Shown one piece after another: positions 50,765-61,609 of a stretch of 64,000 bases of DNA; position 1 is the stretch's first letter, and each line of letters opens with the position of its first letter. Source of the stretch: Callorhinchus milii (taxonomy: Eukaryota); assembly GCF_018977255.1 (NCBI RefSeq), contig NW_024704743.1:18974001-19038000 (forward strand), read 5' to 3'. The notes beneath the pieces are model-generated. The model saw nothing but the letters and a program-made list of their open reading frames with translations. It had not been told where the DNA came from and ran no database searches. The position numbers and the translations under genes were made by a program.

Positions 50765-51679
50765 CCTCTTGCAGCAAACCTAAGGTCAAGTTTATGTCTT
50801 AATTATCATTAGGTCGCATTTCAATGTGTGTATTAAAAAGCAGCATAGGTGTTGGTTAACATATCCCACCATTTTCCCTACTCTCTGAGCTAAAGTGGTA
50901 AATCATTTTCCCGCACCCCCTCAGTACCCACTCCTAGCTCAGGTGCCCAGACAACATTATCAAGTGTTCTGAGGCCTCCTCCAAACATAAAAGGTGCTAT
51001 ATCATTTGTATTGTTCGTGTCGTTCAAACCAATGATATGAATTACAGATAATGCCCCAAAAATCACACACACACTCTTCATCCTTTACAAATAACCAGGG
51101 GATCACCAAACACATTTCAAGCACCCCTTTAAGAAATTGCTTACACATTTCAAGACTCTAGTCCCTGCTAATTTCCTAAGTTTATTCAGTTACGCTATTT
51201 CTGAGCTCCAAGTGGATGCTTTATAGTGTGATTTGGTTGCTGTAACAAATATTCCCGTTTATCGACCCTCTTCTAAAGATGCTTGTTAATAATCAAGTCT
51301 GTATGATCTTGTGCTACCATCCAGAAGGTGACAAATCTCGTCACAGGTATTACTGCTCAAAAGCTTCCCTATTGTGGAGCCATTTTGACTTGCAAGATTT
51401 TAACTAAAAGCTCTTTATTTGGATCCCCCAACAATAATACCGCTCTGCAAACTGGTTCTGTGAGCCTTGGCTTGATAGCAGCTGACTGTTACCATAGCAA
51501 TTGGAAATTATTAGATGGACCTGCTGCTTATTCCCAGGGTAAAGCACTGTTGTGCATATAAATGGTTTAATTGCAACACAATGTGTTTTAACTACATCTC
51601 CCAGCATTCTTCACTCCATTAATGGTCTGTTTCCAAAATGTGAGTCCAAAATGACAGTACATTAATAAATAATAATCCT

Positions 51680-52082
51680 AAATAATCCTTGCAATTGAAG
51701 TAACACCTTTCATCTCAAAGTTCTTCACAGGATTTGTAAGTGGAGAGTTTGTAGGCAAATTATGGCAGCTCAATTGCACACGTCAATGTTCCACAAACAG
51801 TCATGAAGCAAATGATACTTTTATTTGGGGATTTGTTGGCTAGGACACTGGGAGAACTCCCTTCTCTTTTCAAATAGTGCCAAGGGATCCTGAACATCCA
51901 CCTGGACAGGCAGACAGGACCTCAGTTTAACATCTTACCCAAAAAATGGCACTGGCAAAAATACAACACATCCCCATCCCTGCACAGAAGTGTCAGCTGA
52001 GAGTCTATTGAATTCAAATCTCAACATGCAGCTTGAACTCACAACCTTCTGACTCAGAGGGGAGAGTCTACCAACTGACACA
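51680..52082 (-). mobile_element. SINE family B, full length
   Basis: Tail, core and head (cttgaactcacaaccttctgactcagagg). Confidence 0.85.
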
Positions 52083-52109
52083 CGTAAGATAGCTAGCAGT
52101 GGATCTAAT

Positions 52110-52330
52110 AGTCGGTTTCGAAATAACGGCTTCATTCAAAGGGTGGCGAGAATGTGGAATTCATTGCTGGAAGCAAAAAGCATCAATTTGTTTAAAAGAA
52201 AACTTGATGCATGGATGAATGGTATATGAGAGGAGAATAAAAGGGATGGAGCCTCATATAAACACTGGCACGGACTTGTTGGCCCAAATGACCTATGTTT
52301 GTATTGTATCACTCTATATGTGTAACTCTA
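52110..52330 (+). mobile_element. CR1-like 3' end
   Basis: ttcattcaaagggtggcgagaatgtggaattc...cactggcacggacttgttggcccaaatg. Confidence 0.7.
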
Positions 52331-54693
52331 TGTAAGAGAGTTGCCATTGAAATTCTAAAGTAAATTACAGAATTTCTGTTTTAATCAAACATTGAGACCT
52401 GATATTCAACATCTTCTTTATCCCTGGATGGCAATTACACGCTGCTAATTCAGAACTGACCGATTATACGGAAGGTATCAGTCAGTGTGACTTAGTCGGT
52501 AGAACTCTTGCCTCTGACTCACCAGGTTGAGGATTAGAAGCAGATTGTTAAAAACAGATATTTCCAGCACAGAAGGGAGGGATTTGGCCCCTCAAATATA
52601 CAGTCACTCCATTTTACAGTAAATCCAGTGAAGCACGTTGAGACGTCCTAACTACGTGAAAGGCGCTACATCAAATATAGGAATGGTCATAAATCCGTCA
52701 GAGGACTTGGACGTCTACCTAGAACATCAAGCTGGCAGGTACATCACAAATCCTCCTGTATTGCAGAATAGCAAAGGCAGATCTGTCAAATAGCTGATGA
52801 GGAAACACTGTGGCTTGGGCTAAGAGGAGTCCATGTCTGTGAGCACACATTAATTTATGCAGGGCTTGGTGCCTACTGTGATTAGTATTCTGAGAGGTGA
52901 GCAACTGCTGTTGAATCTCTGCTCCTCCAACTGGTGAGAAGACTGCTCAGTGGGCAGGGGGGTGTTCATATTATTAATAACATAAGATGTCTGGCAGGCT
53001 AAGTTGCATATTGTGTGATTTTGTGCAGACGTGCAGCAAAGCACAAAATTGTACAGAAATTCCTATTTGTGTGCAAAGAGCATAATTGAGTTAGTGCACA
53101 AAGCACTTATAAGAAAAAAAACTGCTCAGCTAGATTTAACAAAATCCTAGACACCATGGGAGTTCAAGATTCAAAAAATCACTGATGCTAGTAGTAATCT
53201 TCTACAAATATTAATGCAACATTTTTTGCAGATTGTTTTGGAACGGATTATGTTGCGATCATAGTGCTGGGAATGAATCTATCGGTTGTGGGATATCTAG
53301 GGATTACACAGTCACTACACTTTACAGTATATCTGTAAAACACTTTTGAGACATCCACCTTACGTGAAGTGGAAAGGTTATTATTACTAGTGGTAGGATC
53401 TCTCTCGGCAATACATTTATACATGGTGATAGATTTCCAGTACATGGTGATGGATTTCCATGCATAACAATACTATAATCCTTACATTTGATGTAGCATT
53501 TTATCATGTCATCGAAATATCTCAAAGTGCTTCACAGGATATACTGTAAAGTGGTATGACTGTATTTTGCGGGTGAACCTGAAAGCCAATTTGTGCACAA
53601 CAATTTCCAACAAATAGCTGTGAAGTGCAGTGCCTGTGTATTTTGTGGGTGAAATGTTGCACATAGCAATGCCCCACAACTAGCCATGAAGTGAATGACC
53701 AATGTTATTGAGGGATCATTAGCCATGATATTCCCTTCAACCCAGGGATCTTTAATGTACACCTAACTTATACATTTAATAACAATAATAATAATGCTTC
53801 TCTTTGATGTAGTGGGATAAACTAGTCAGGGAGCACTGGATAAGAACAGCAAACATTGACAGCAGGAGTGTAACCAGTGTGATGAATGAAGCAATCTGTG
53901 AGGCATCCTTCTTCATTGTACTCACACACACAGGCAGCACAGGACAACAGAATGTAGTAACAACTTGCACTTTGTAGTGCCTTTCACATATGATAACATC
54001 TCATAGAAACAGAGTTGGGAGCCCGAGCAGGGCAAGAGATAGTAGAGTAGAAGGGGAGATAACCAAAGGGATTTTTGAAGATATTTTAAGAGAACTGAGT
54101 CTTCCCAAAGAACCCTTGACTGTATCGAGCACAGTGAGTACAGTTTTATTTTCTGTCTGATTGCCAAGCCAGTAATTTTGACATAGAATCATGGAAAGTC
54201 TACAGCACAGAAAGAAGCGATTTGGCCAGTTCATACGTATATTGGTGCTAATTGCTCCCAACCCTCCACATTGTGCTCTCCGAATTCCAAAGAAACTCCA
54301 AAATAATCATCAATCTCCATTATTTAACCTTGGCCTCTTTCCTTACACACACAGAATTTCTCTTCCTCCAACCTCCCCTCAGCTCCTGTAGCTCATAAAT
54401 CATGTCCTATGGAGTATTTATTCAACTTAGGCAGACATTGAAGTAAAATGGCATTAGGTGATGTAGCCTCTGAAATGCCATTGTGTGTGGATCACTCTTA
54501 ATGTCACAGGCCTGTAGTTCTCGATGACACCATTGCAGATCTGTCCACTTGTGTGAATGTCTGGTTTCTTCCAGTGAGAACGTGAAAGGGACTTCAGAGC
54601 CTACAGTCATTTAAGCTGAAATAATGACATGTTTGAATATCGTAAAAATTTCCTTCTGAGATTGTATTGATAAAAATAATCCTTTTATACGAT

Positions 54694-55010
54694 ATAATAA
54701 TAATAATCCTTGTATTTGATATAGCGCTTTTCACGTCGGGAGGACGTCCCAAAGCGCTTCACAGAAGACACTGTAAAGTGAATTGACTGTATATTTGTGG
54801 GCGAACGCGGCAGCCAATTGCGCACAGCAATGTCCCACAAACAGTCGTAGATTGAAAATGACCAATTTATTATTGTTTTTGTTTTTTTGGAGGGATTATT
54901 ATTAGGCGTGTGGAGTAAGGAAACTTGCCCAAGTTTTCGCCCTGCCTGGAATTGAACTCAGGTCTCTCGCTTGCAAAGCGAGTGCTCTAACCACTGAGCT
55001 ACAGGACTCC
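54694..55010 (-). mobile_element. SINE family A, young short subfamily
   Basis: Near-exact reverse complement of 33950-34274 with CpGs retained. Confidence 0.95.
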
Positions 55011-55719
55011 ATAGGGCTTATGGTTACCTCCCCTTCCCATTCCCCTTTGCTCAGCACCACTGTGAAGCACTTTGAGACGTTATCCTACATAAGGATACTA
55101 TATAAATGCAAGTTGTTGATACAGCACCTTTCGCATCAGGAGGACGTCTCAAAGCACGTCACGGGATTTCATTATAAAACATAGTGACTGTGTATACGAT
55201 ATAAGGTGGATATGATATAAGGTAACCCTCAGTGAAGAGGAGCATTTACAAAACATTCATTCTAGTGAGTCATCCTGAATTGTCATTTTAATGAGAGTCC
55301 GAGGGGTGGATTAATGTTTAATTTATTTATGATTATTGAAAATTCTGCAAAGCATTATGTGAGACTTCAGCAGCACATTATTGCTAAGCAACTCAAATTC
55401 CATCCTGAATTTGCTGATACCATTTGTCTCTGCTACTTCGTTGGTTTTGAAAATAATGATAATCCTTGCACTTGATTGAGTGTCAATGCTCCAAGACGCT
55501 ATCCTGTGTGAGGGGCGCTGTATAAATGCAAGTTGTTGCCTTATCTATAAAATACGCAGTCACTCTAATGAATCCTGTGAAGTGATTTGAGGTATTCCAA
55601 CAACGTGAAAAGGTGCAATATCAAATGCAAGGATTATTATCATAATAATACAATAATATGTAACTCATTGGGAAAAGGAATCTAATTAAATTCTGTTCAA
55701 AGATTGTGTATGCTTACTT

Positions 55720-56020
55720 TATCTGTTGATGTGACAACAGAAAAAAAAGGCAGCATATATGGATACATTTAAGAGGAAGCTATATACACATGAGGGAGAA
55801 GAGAATAGAAGTGTATGGGAGCGAACAAGGAGTGGGTGGAAACTCAGGGGGAATATAAACACCGGCGCGGACTGGTTGGGCCAAGTGACCCGTTTCTGTG
55901 CTGTAAAATCTATGTAAATATAGAACCAGAAATAATCATACCTTTCAATTGAATTTTTTGCCAAATAGCTATCAAATTCCTTTTTCGATTTGCTGACACA
56001 ATCTGCCTCCACCGCCTCAT
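55720..56020. mobile_element. CR1 3' ends, tail-to-tail (+ 55720-55920; - 55920-56020)
   Basis: ataaacaccggcgcggactggttgggccaagtgacccgtttctgtgctgtaaa; reverse MEADCVSKSKKEFDSYL-like end. Confidence 0.65.
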
Positions 56021-56487
56021 TTGATATCGCGGCATGTCATCAAAATGTCTCTGAGACTTCACAGGATTTTATTATAAAGTATTGTGACTATTTGTAGGCA
56101 AAACCAAATCACACATAACATTGTACCATAAACAGTCATAGAGTGAATGTTCAATTTAATCAGAGGGATTGATTACTGACCAGGACACTGAAATAAATTC
56201 CCTTCTCTCGCATATAGATGAATCAAAGTTAGAAATTATGGGCAGAAATTGCCTAAGCAATGGATCTTGATATCCTTGTCCTGCAATTCAGTTTGAATTT
56301 GAGCTCCGAGACTTACCGGCCACTCCCTTCATGGCTTTTATGGGACATTGTTTACGTAAATCGCTCCATGTTCACCAACATATATGCAGTCACTACACTT
56401 TCCAATAATTAATATAAAGCACTTTGAGATGCTTTGAAATTGTGGTAAGGCTCTATATCAAATGCAAGGATTATTGTAATAATTATA

Positions 56488-56792
56488 TAATAATCCTTAC
56501 ATTTGAAATAGCCCCTTTCACCTTGGGTGGTTGTCTCAAAGTGCTTCACGGGATGCGCTGTAAAGTGGGCAAACACAACAGCCAATTTACATACAGCAAT
56601 GTCCCAAAAAAGTGATTAACTGATTTTATTGGGAATTGTTGGCCAGGAAACTCCCCCTTTCGAAATGTGCCTTCAGATCTTAAACATCCACCTGAACAAG
56701 CAGATGAGACCTCGATTTCATGTATCGTCCAAAGGACAGCACCTCCAACAATGGAGCACCCCCAGCACTGCATTTTAATGTCAGCCTAGACT
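56488..56792 (-). mobile_element. SINE family B
   Basis: ttaaacatccacctgaacaagcagatgagacctcg...aaggacagcacctcc. Confidence 0.8.
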
Positions 56793-57991
56793 ACCTGCTT
56801 ACTGCCACTTGTAGTGCTGGTAACATTAATGTAAATATATGGAGGTGAAATATGATCAAACATCAATGATACATTGTATTTTGCCACCAATTTCTAAAGA
56901 CACAGATGTCAAACTCCCTCTGTGTATTGTTCCTGCAAACTTTAAGCTGACTCTTCAGTACAGTACTAAGACAAGAGGTACCATCCTTTGGACAGGGCAT
57001 TAAACTGAAGTCCACTCTGCAATGATCAGGCAAGTGTTAAAGATCCCATGATATTATTCAAAACGAGAAAGAAGTTTCTCCAAAAATCCTCCACATAATT
57101 TCACTTCATACCTGTTTGTTTCCTCTTCCTTACATCCAGGAACCTCACTATCCGCAAATTTGCTGCCACTTTTACTTACTTTTACTTACTCAGTCACTAT
57201 ATTTGACAGCAATTATCTGTGAAGGATTTTGAGACTTTTGAATGACATGGATGCTACGTCAAATTCAAGCAATATTATTAAACCTTCGAGCTCACCGACG
57301 ATAGCGCAGTACTGCAATGTCCAGGTGATGAAATGTACCATTCAGGTCAAGGATACAATGTGGTTGGGTGGGAGTGGGATGGGCAGGTTGAATTACTATC
57401 TCTGTTTCTTTGAAAAAAAAGATCACAAGTGTCTGCCTTAAAGAAAATAATAATAATAGTAATCCTTGCGTTTGATATAGTGCTTCTAGGTGTCTCAAAG
57501 CGCTTCACAGAATATGCTGCAAAGTGAATTGACTGTATATTTTGTGGGCGAAAAGGGAAAGAATCTGGAGGGTATGTCAGTTCAGATTGCTCTAACACAT
57601 CTGCCAGCAGATAATAATAACAATACGTTGGGACATGTCTGGGACCAGGTTACCTGGGCGTCTCAGTTTGGGGGTTGCAAGAAAGTGCGCATCTGGGCAA
57701 TTTCCAATTTTGTCTCAGGCCTTGTCCCAACCTCAGTTTGCCAAAATTGTGGTCTTCTTTGGAGATCACGATTTCTATAAAGCTGCAGTCTTGAACCCGC
57801 AGTAATTTGAGAAGCGTACAGCTGCACAAGGCCACCTCTGTACCAGCTGTTAGTCCCTGTTTGCTTCACTGAGGCACACCTGATTACAAGAAGCATTTTT
57901 TTCAGCAGAACCTTTCAAACGCTCACTTATTTAAAGTGCGAGTATCGTGAGAATGAGCTTTGCAGAGGTTGTCTTTGCTACGCTATAAAAA

Positions 57992-58170
57992 TAGTAATCC
58001 TAGCATTTGCTATAGCGGCTTATCACGTCTCAAAGCGCTTCACAGAATATACTGTAAAGTGAATTGACTGTATATTTTGTGGGCGAAATTAAGGCAGCCA
58101 ATTGCACACAGAAGTGTCCCACAGTCGTGGAATGAGTGACCAAATTATTTTTACTTATTTGGAAGGATTT
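57992..58170 (-). mobile_element. SINE family A 3' half (further partial copies at 57447-57555 and 58423-58682)
   Basis: aagcgcttcacagaatatactgtaaagtgaattgactgtatattttgtgggcgaa. Confidence 0.85.
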
Positions 58171-58225
58171 ATTTCTCTCACTCTTTCTCCAGTTTGCAAC
58201 TCAAGCCCAATATAGCCCCAAACTT

Positions 58226-58239
58226 GTTACCATGGAAAC
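58226..58239. promoter_or_regulatory. RFX X-box motif GTTACCATGGAAAC
   Basis: Identical 14-mer to 5238-5251, in unique sequence between two SINEs. Confidence 0.45.
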
Positions 58240-58709
58240 TGAGCAGCAAAGACAGGAACAGCCTTACAGCACCCCGTTCAGGATATTTTTAAAAGAACAA
58301 CAGAGGAATTTATTTGATTGAACTTGATTTTTTTCTATTTTATCAAACAATTTCTCATTGATTTTCGCTCAGGTCTCCCGTTCCTGCAGTGTCTTTCCTC
58401 CTCTAGTTACAGTCACTAATAATATAATAATAATCCTTGCATTTGATATAGCACCTTGAGACGTCTCAAAGTGCTTCACAGAATATACTGTAAAGTGAAT
58501 TAACTGTATATTTTTGTGGGAGGAACGTGGCAGCCAATTGCCACAGTAGTGTCCCACAAACAGTCCTGGATTGAGTGAACAAATGTATTTTTAAATTAAT
58601 TAATTTTTTTGAAGGGATTATTACCACCTGAAAAACAATCTGTCAATCAATTAACAACCAGGTTCCTACTTACTGCTTGGTAAAATAGTTTTGGATTGTG
58701 ATATGGTGC

Positions 58710-59237
58710 CACATCACTTTGTCAAAGTATTTCAAAGCATTTGACAGATTTATTATAAAGTGTAGTGACTGTGTACTTGTAGGCAAATGTGGCAGCCAAT
58801 TTGTGCATGGCATGCCGCACAAACAACCACAGAATGAACGACTAATTTATGTAGAATATTGTTGGCCTGGACACTTCTTATAGGGAGGAACTCCTTTCTC
58901 TTATTGATATTGCTATGGGATCTTTAATATCCACCAGAACAGTCTGATGGGATCTCAGTATAATCTGTAGGAGGCATCTCTGACAATGAATCACTCCCAC
59001 AGAACTGCACAGTGTCAGTCTAGACTGTAGCTCCGAATCCTGAAGGGATGTTTGAACTCACAACAACAACAAGATTTCATTTATAGAGCGCCTTTCACAT
59101 CGGGAGGACATCCCAAGGCGCTGGACAGTTGGGTCGGGACCCGAGCAGGGGGGGAATGGTCAGAGTGAGGGGAGGGAAGGGAGGGAGCGAGGAGGGGGTA
59201 AAGAGTCGAGAGGGGAGCTGAAGGCACGGTCGAAGAG

Positions 59238-59268
<31 letters not shown>

Positions 59269-59286
59269 AACTGAGCCAGACTGACA
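58710..59286 (-). mobile_element. SINE B whose head is split by an L2 3' fragment (59061-59237)
   Basis: tttgaactcacaac|L2|aaccttctgactcagaggcaagagtgctacc. Confidence 0.8.
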
Positions 59287-60682
59287 CGTAGTAGCCAAGA
59301 AAGTGAATATCCTAGATTTGACCATGGGGAAGGAGGGGTGGAAGAGGTCAGCAAGGTCTAGCTCGATTTCCCATTATATATATCTGATTAATTTTTAGAT
59401 ATCGGTATATTTAGAGTTCTGCTGCCAGCTCACTTGTGAGATAGACATATCCTTACTAGTTCCCTGCACTTATGCACTTTTACTCTTGAATTGTGAGAGT
59501 ATGTGACACCCCTTAATTCCTATAAATGACTGGCTGGTTATAGTTTGAGAGTGACAGTTTTGAGGTGTGACGTATCACGTCATTGAAAATTACCGTCAAT
59601 TTTCATTTATGGGTTCACTCCTTTCTCCTTTCCTCCCCAACTTTTACACTACACTTCACAATAAATCCTGTGGAGCGCCTTTGGAAATCCTCCTGACGTG
59701 AAAATCACTGTACTAAATGTAAAGATTATCATTATTATTTATTATTATCTTTAAATCCTTCCTTAATACTCTGACCACATCTATGGTTACCTGCCCCTTC
59801 CACCCCCACCCCTTCACCTACACTCACCCAGCTCGGTATTGAACAGCGCTCTGAGACGCTTTCCTGTGTGAAAGCCGTTATATAAAAACGAGTTATTATT
59901 GTTGCTGTTGTCTAGGTCCAGTCTTCTGTTAGTGGTTGGAGGCGAGAAGGAAACGTGATTTAAATGAGTATGTTGGGAGGGTCATTGACTTTGGTAATTG
60001 TTTAAATGTTTAAATACTTTTTTCCCCAAAATGTTTCAGTTCTTTCCTAAAACTGATTTATTTCTGTTGGAGAATTGTGTTTGTTAAATGAAAATTGAAT
60101 TGTGTGCTATAAATACTGTCAGGATGACTTCACGAGTCTGTGCCAAAGTTAATAATAATCGTTGCATTTGACATAGCGCCTTTCACATAGGGAAGACATC
60201 TTGAAATGCTTCACAGAATTTACTGTGAACTGACTGTATTTATTAGGTAAACACAGCAACAAATTTGCACACAATAATGTTCCTGTTTGGATTGGATGCT
60301 GCATTTGCCTACAAATACAGCAACAACACTTTGCAATAAATCTGGTGAAGTGCTTTGATGACACAATAAGATGTTATATCAAATGCAAGTATTATTTTAT
60401 ATTATTAAACACGGTGATGGGTTTCCGCAAGTGTTGAACGCCTGGCTCACCGAAAAGAGTAAAACATTGAATTAGTTCCTGATAGAAGTTCCTGAAGTTA
60501 GGCCATGGAAAAGATATTGAACCCTGATTCTGCTTGGATCATCCTGGACATGGCTTGTCCGTCATTTGGTTTTTCTCTAACGCCTGGTGGAGTGTGTTTA
60601 AAACAAGTAGGAGAGAGGGCTTAACAGAGAGCTTCACAATGAGAGAGGGAAGCTACTGTCTTAGTGTAGGGTCTGGGTAAAA

Positions 60683-60955
60683 TAATAATAATAATCTTTG
60701 CAATTTGTAGAGCCCATTATCACCTTTTTGAGACTTCTTGAAGCACTTTGCAGGATATATTGTAAAGTGTGACTGTGTATTTTGTGGTTTGCGCACAGCA
60801 GAGTTCCATAAACAGCCATGGAGTGAATGACCAATTTTATTTGGGGTATTGTTGGCCAGGACACTGGGAGAAACTCACTTCTCTTTTCGAATAATGCCAT
60901 TGGGATCTTTAACATCCACCTGAACAGGGCCTCGGTTTAATATCACATCTGACAT
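60683..60955 (-). mobile_element. SINE family B (headless)
   Basis: aaacagccatggagtgaatgaccaattttatttggg...ggatctttaacatccacctgaacagg. Confidence 0.85.
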
Positions 60956-60999
60956 TAAAAGCAGCCAGGTAGCAACTAGAATAAATGCAATTCTGCGGT

Positions 61000-61576
61000 G
61001 ATACTTTTGCGTTATTCTGATGAACGGAAGCCTTTTGCTGGTTGTGTCCAGCAATGGAGCTCTGTTTGTTTTTTAACACAAGGCATTTCATCCCCATTCC
61101 CCTCACTAGGGGAAGTCAGCAGCATCACTAAATCCACAGCTGGGCACTGGAAGCTTTGCTCATTCTCCTCTCCTGACAGCCAGTCATCTGCCTGAATCAG
61201 AGCATGTGATGGTGAACGTTTAACTAAGACTTGAATGAAGTTGTCTCTCCTCCTCCCCCCACCTCTCCACAGAAAGCTGCTTCGAGCTATGCACTTACTC
61301 ACTTCCACCACAGCAGCCATTCCCAAATTCTGGAATTTTCAGACAGCCGCTGCTTGCCAAGCATTAAGCTTCAGCTGTTGACTAATAGGGAAGTTATTTT
61401 GCATCTGAACGCACTGGAGCAGGCTTTTAACCGTGGGAAATAGGCAGCACAGCACTTTTAATAGAGCGGAGCGAAGATTTCAGGGAAAAGAAGAGACGCT
61501 TTGGTTTGAATCAGCCTGTTGCTTCCCACTTGATGGAAGTGACTGCTAGTCGGGACGACATTCTTGGTGCGTGGAC
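61000..61576 (+). promoter_or_regulatory. Candidate promoter/5'UTR of the beta3/beta4a-like exon
   Basis: Repeat-free island with a C-rich box (~61247-61270), E-box CAGCTG (~61372) and several CpGs just before ATG 61577. Confidence 0.45.
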
Positions 61577-61609
61577 ATGTACCTCTACGGCCGGGAGGAG
61601 ACTGAGGTG
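61577..61609 (+). CDS. CACNB2: Putative alternative first coding exon, beta3/beta4a-like N-terminus (MYLYGREETEV)
   Basis: gacATG at 61577 with an upstream in-frame TAG, 11 codons, phase-0 donor GTG|GTAAGT. Aligns to the end of the recalled beta4a peptide MYDNLYLHGIEDSEA (Y, L, G, E, E identical). Repeat-free context. Confidence 0.7.

Noticed and set aside
52793..52807. CTGATGAG-GAAAC hammerhead ribozyme core
   Set aside because: No stem II between the conserved boxes and no convincing stems I/III.
53410..53465. TACAT-containing 21-bp tandem resembling mitochondrial control-region TAS (possible NUMT)
   Set aside because: Only a two-copy local duplication, with no other mitochondrial similarity visible.
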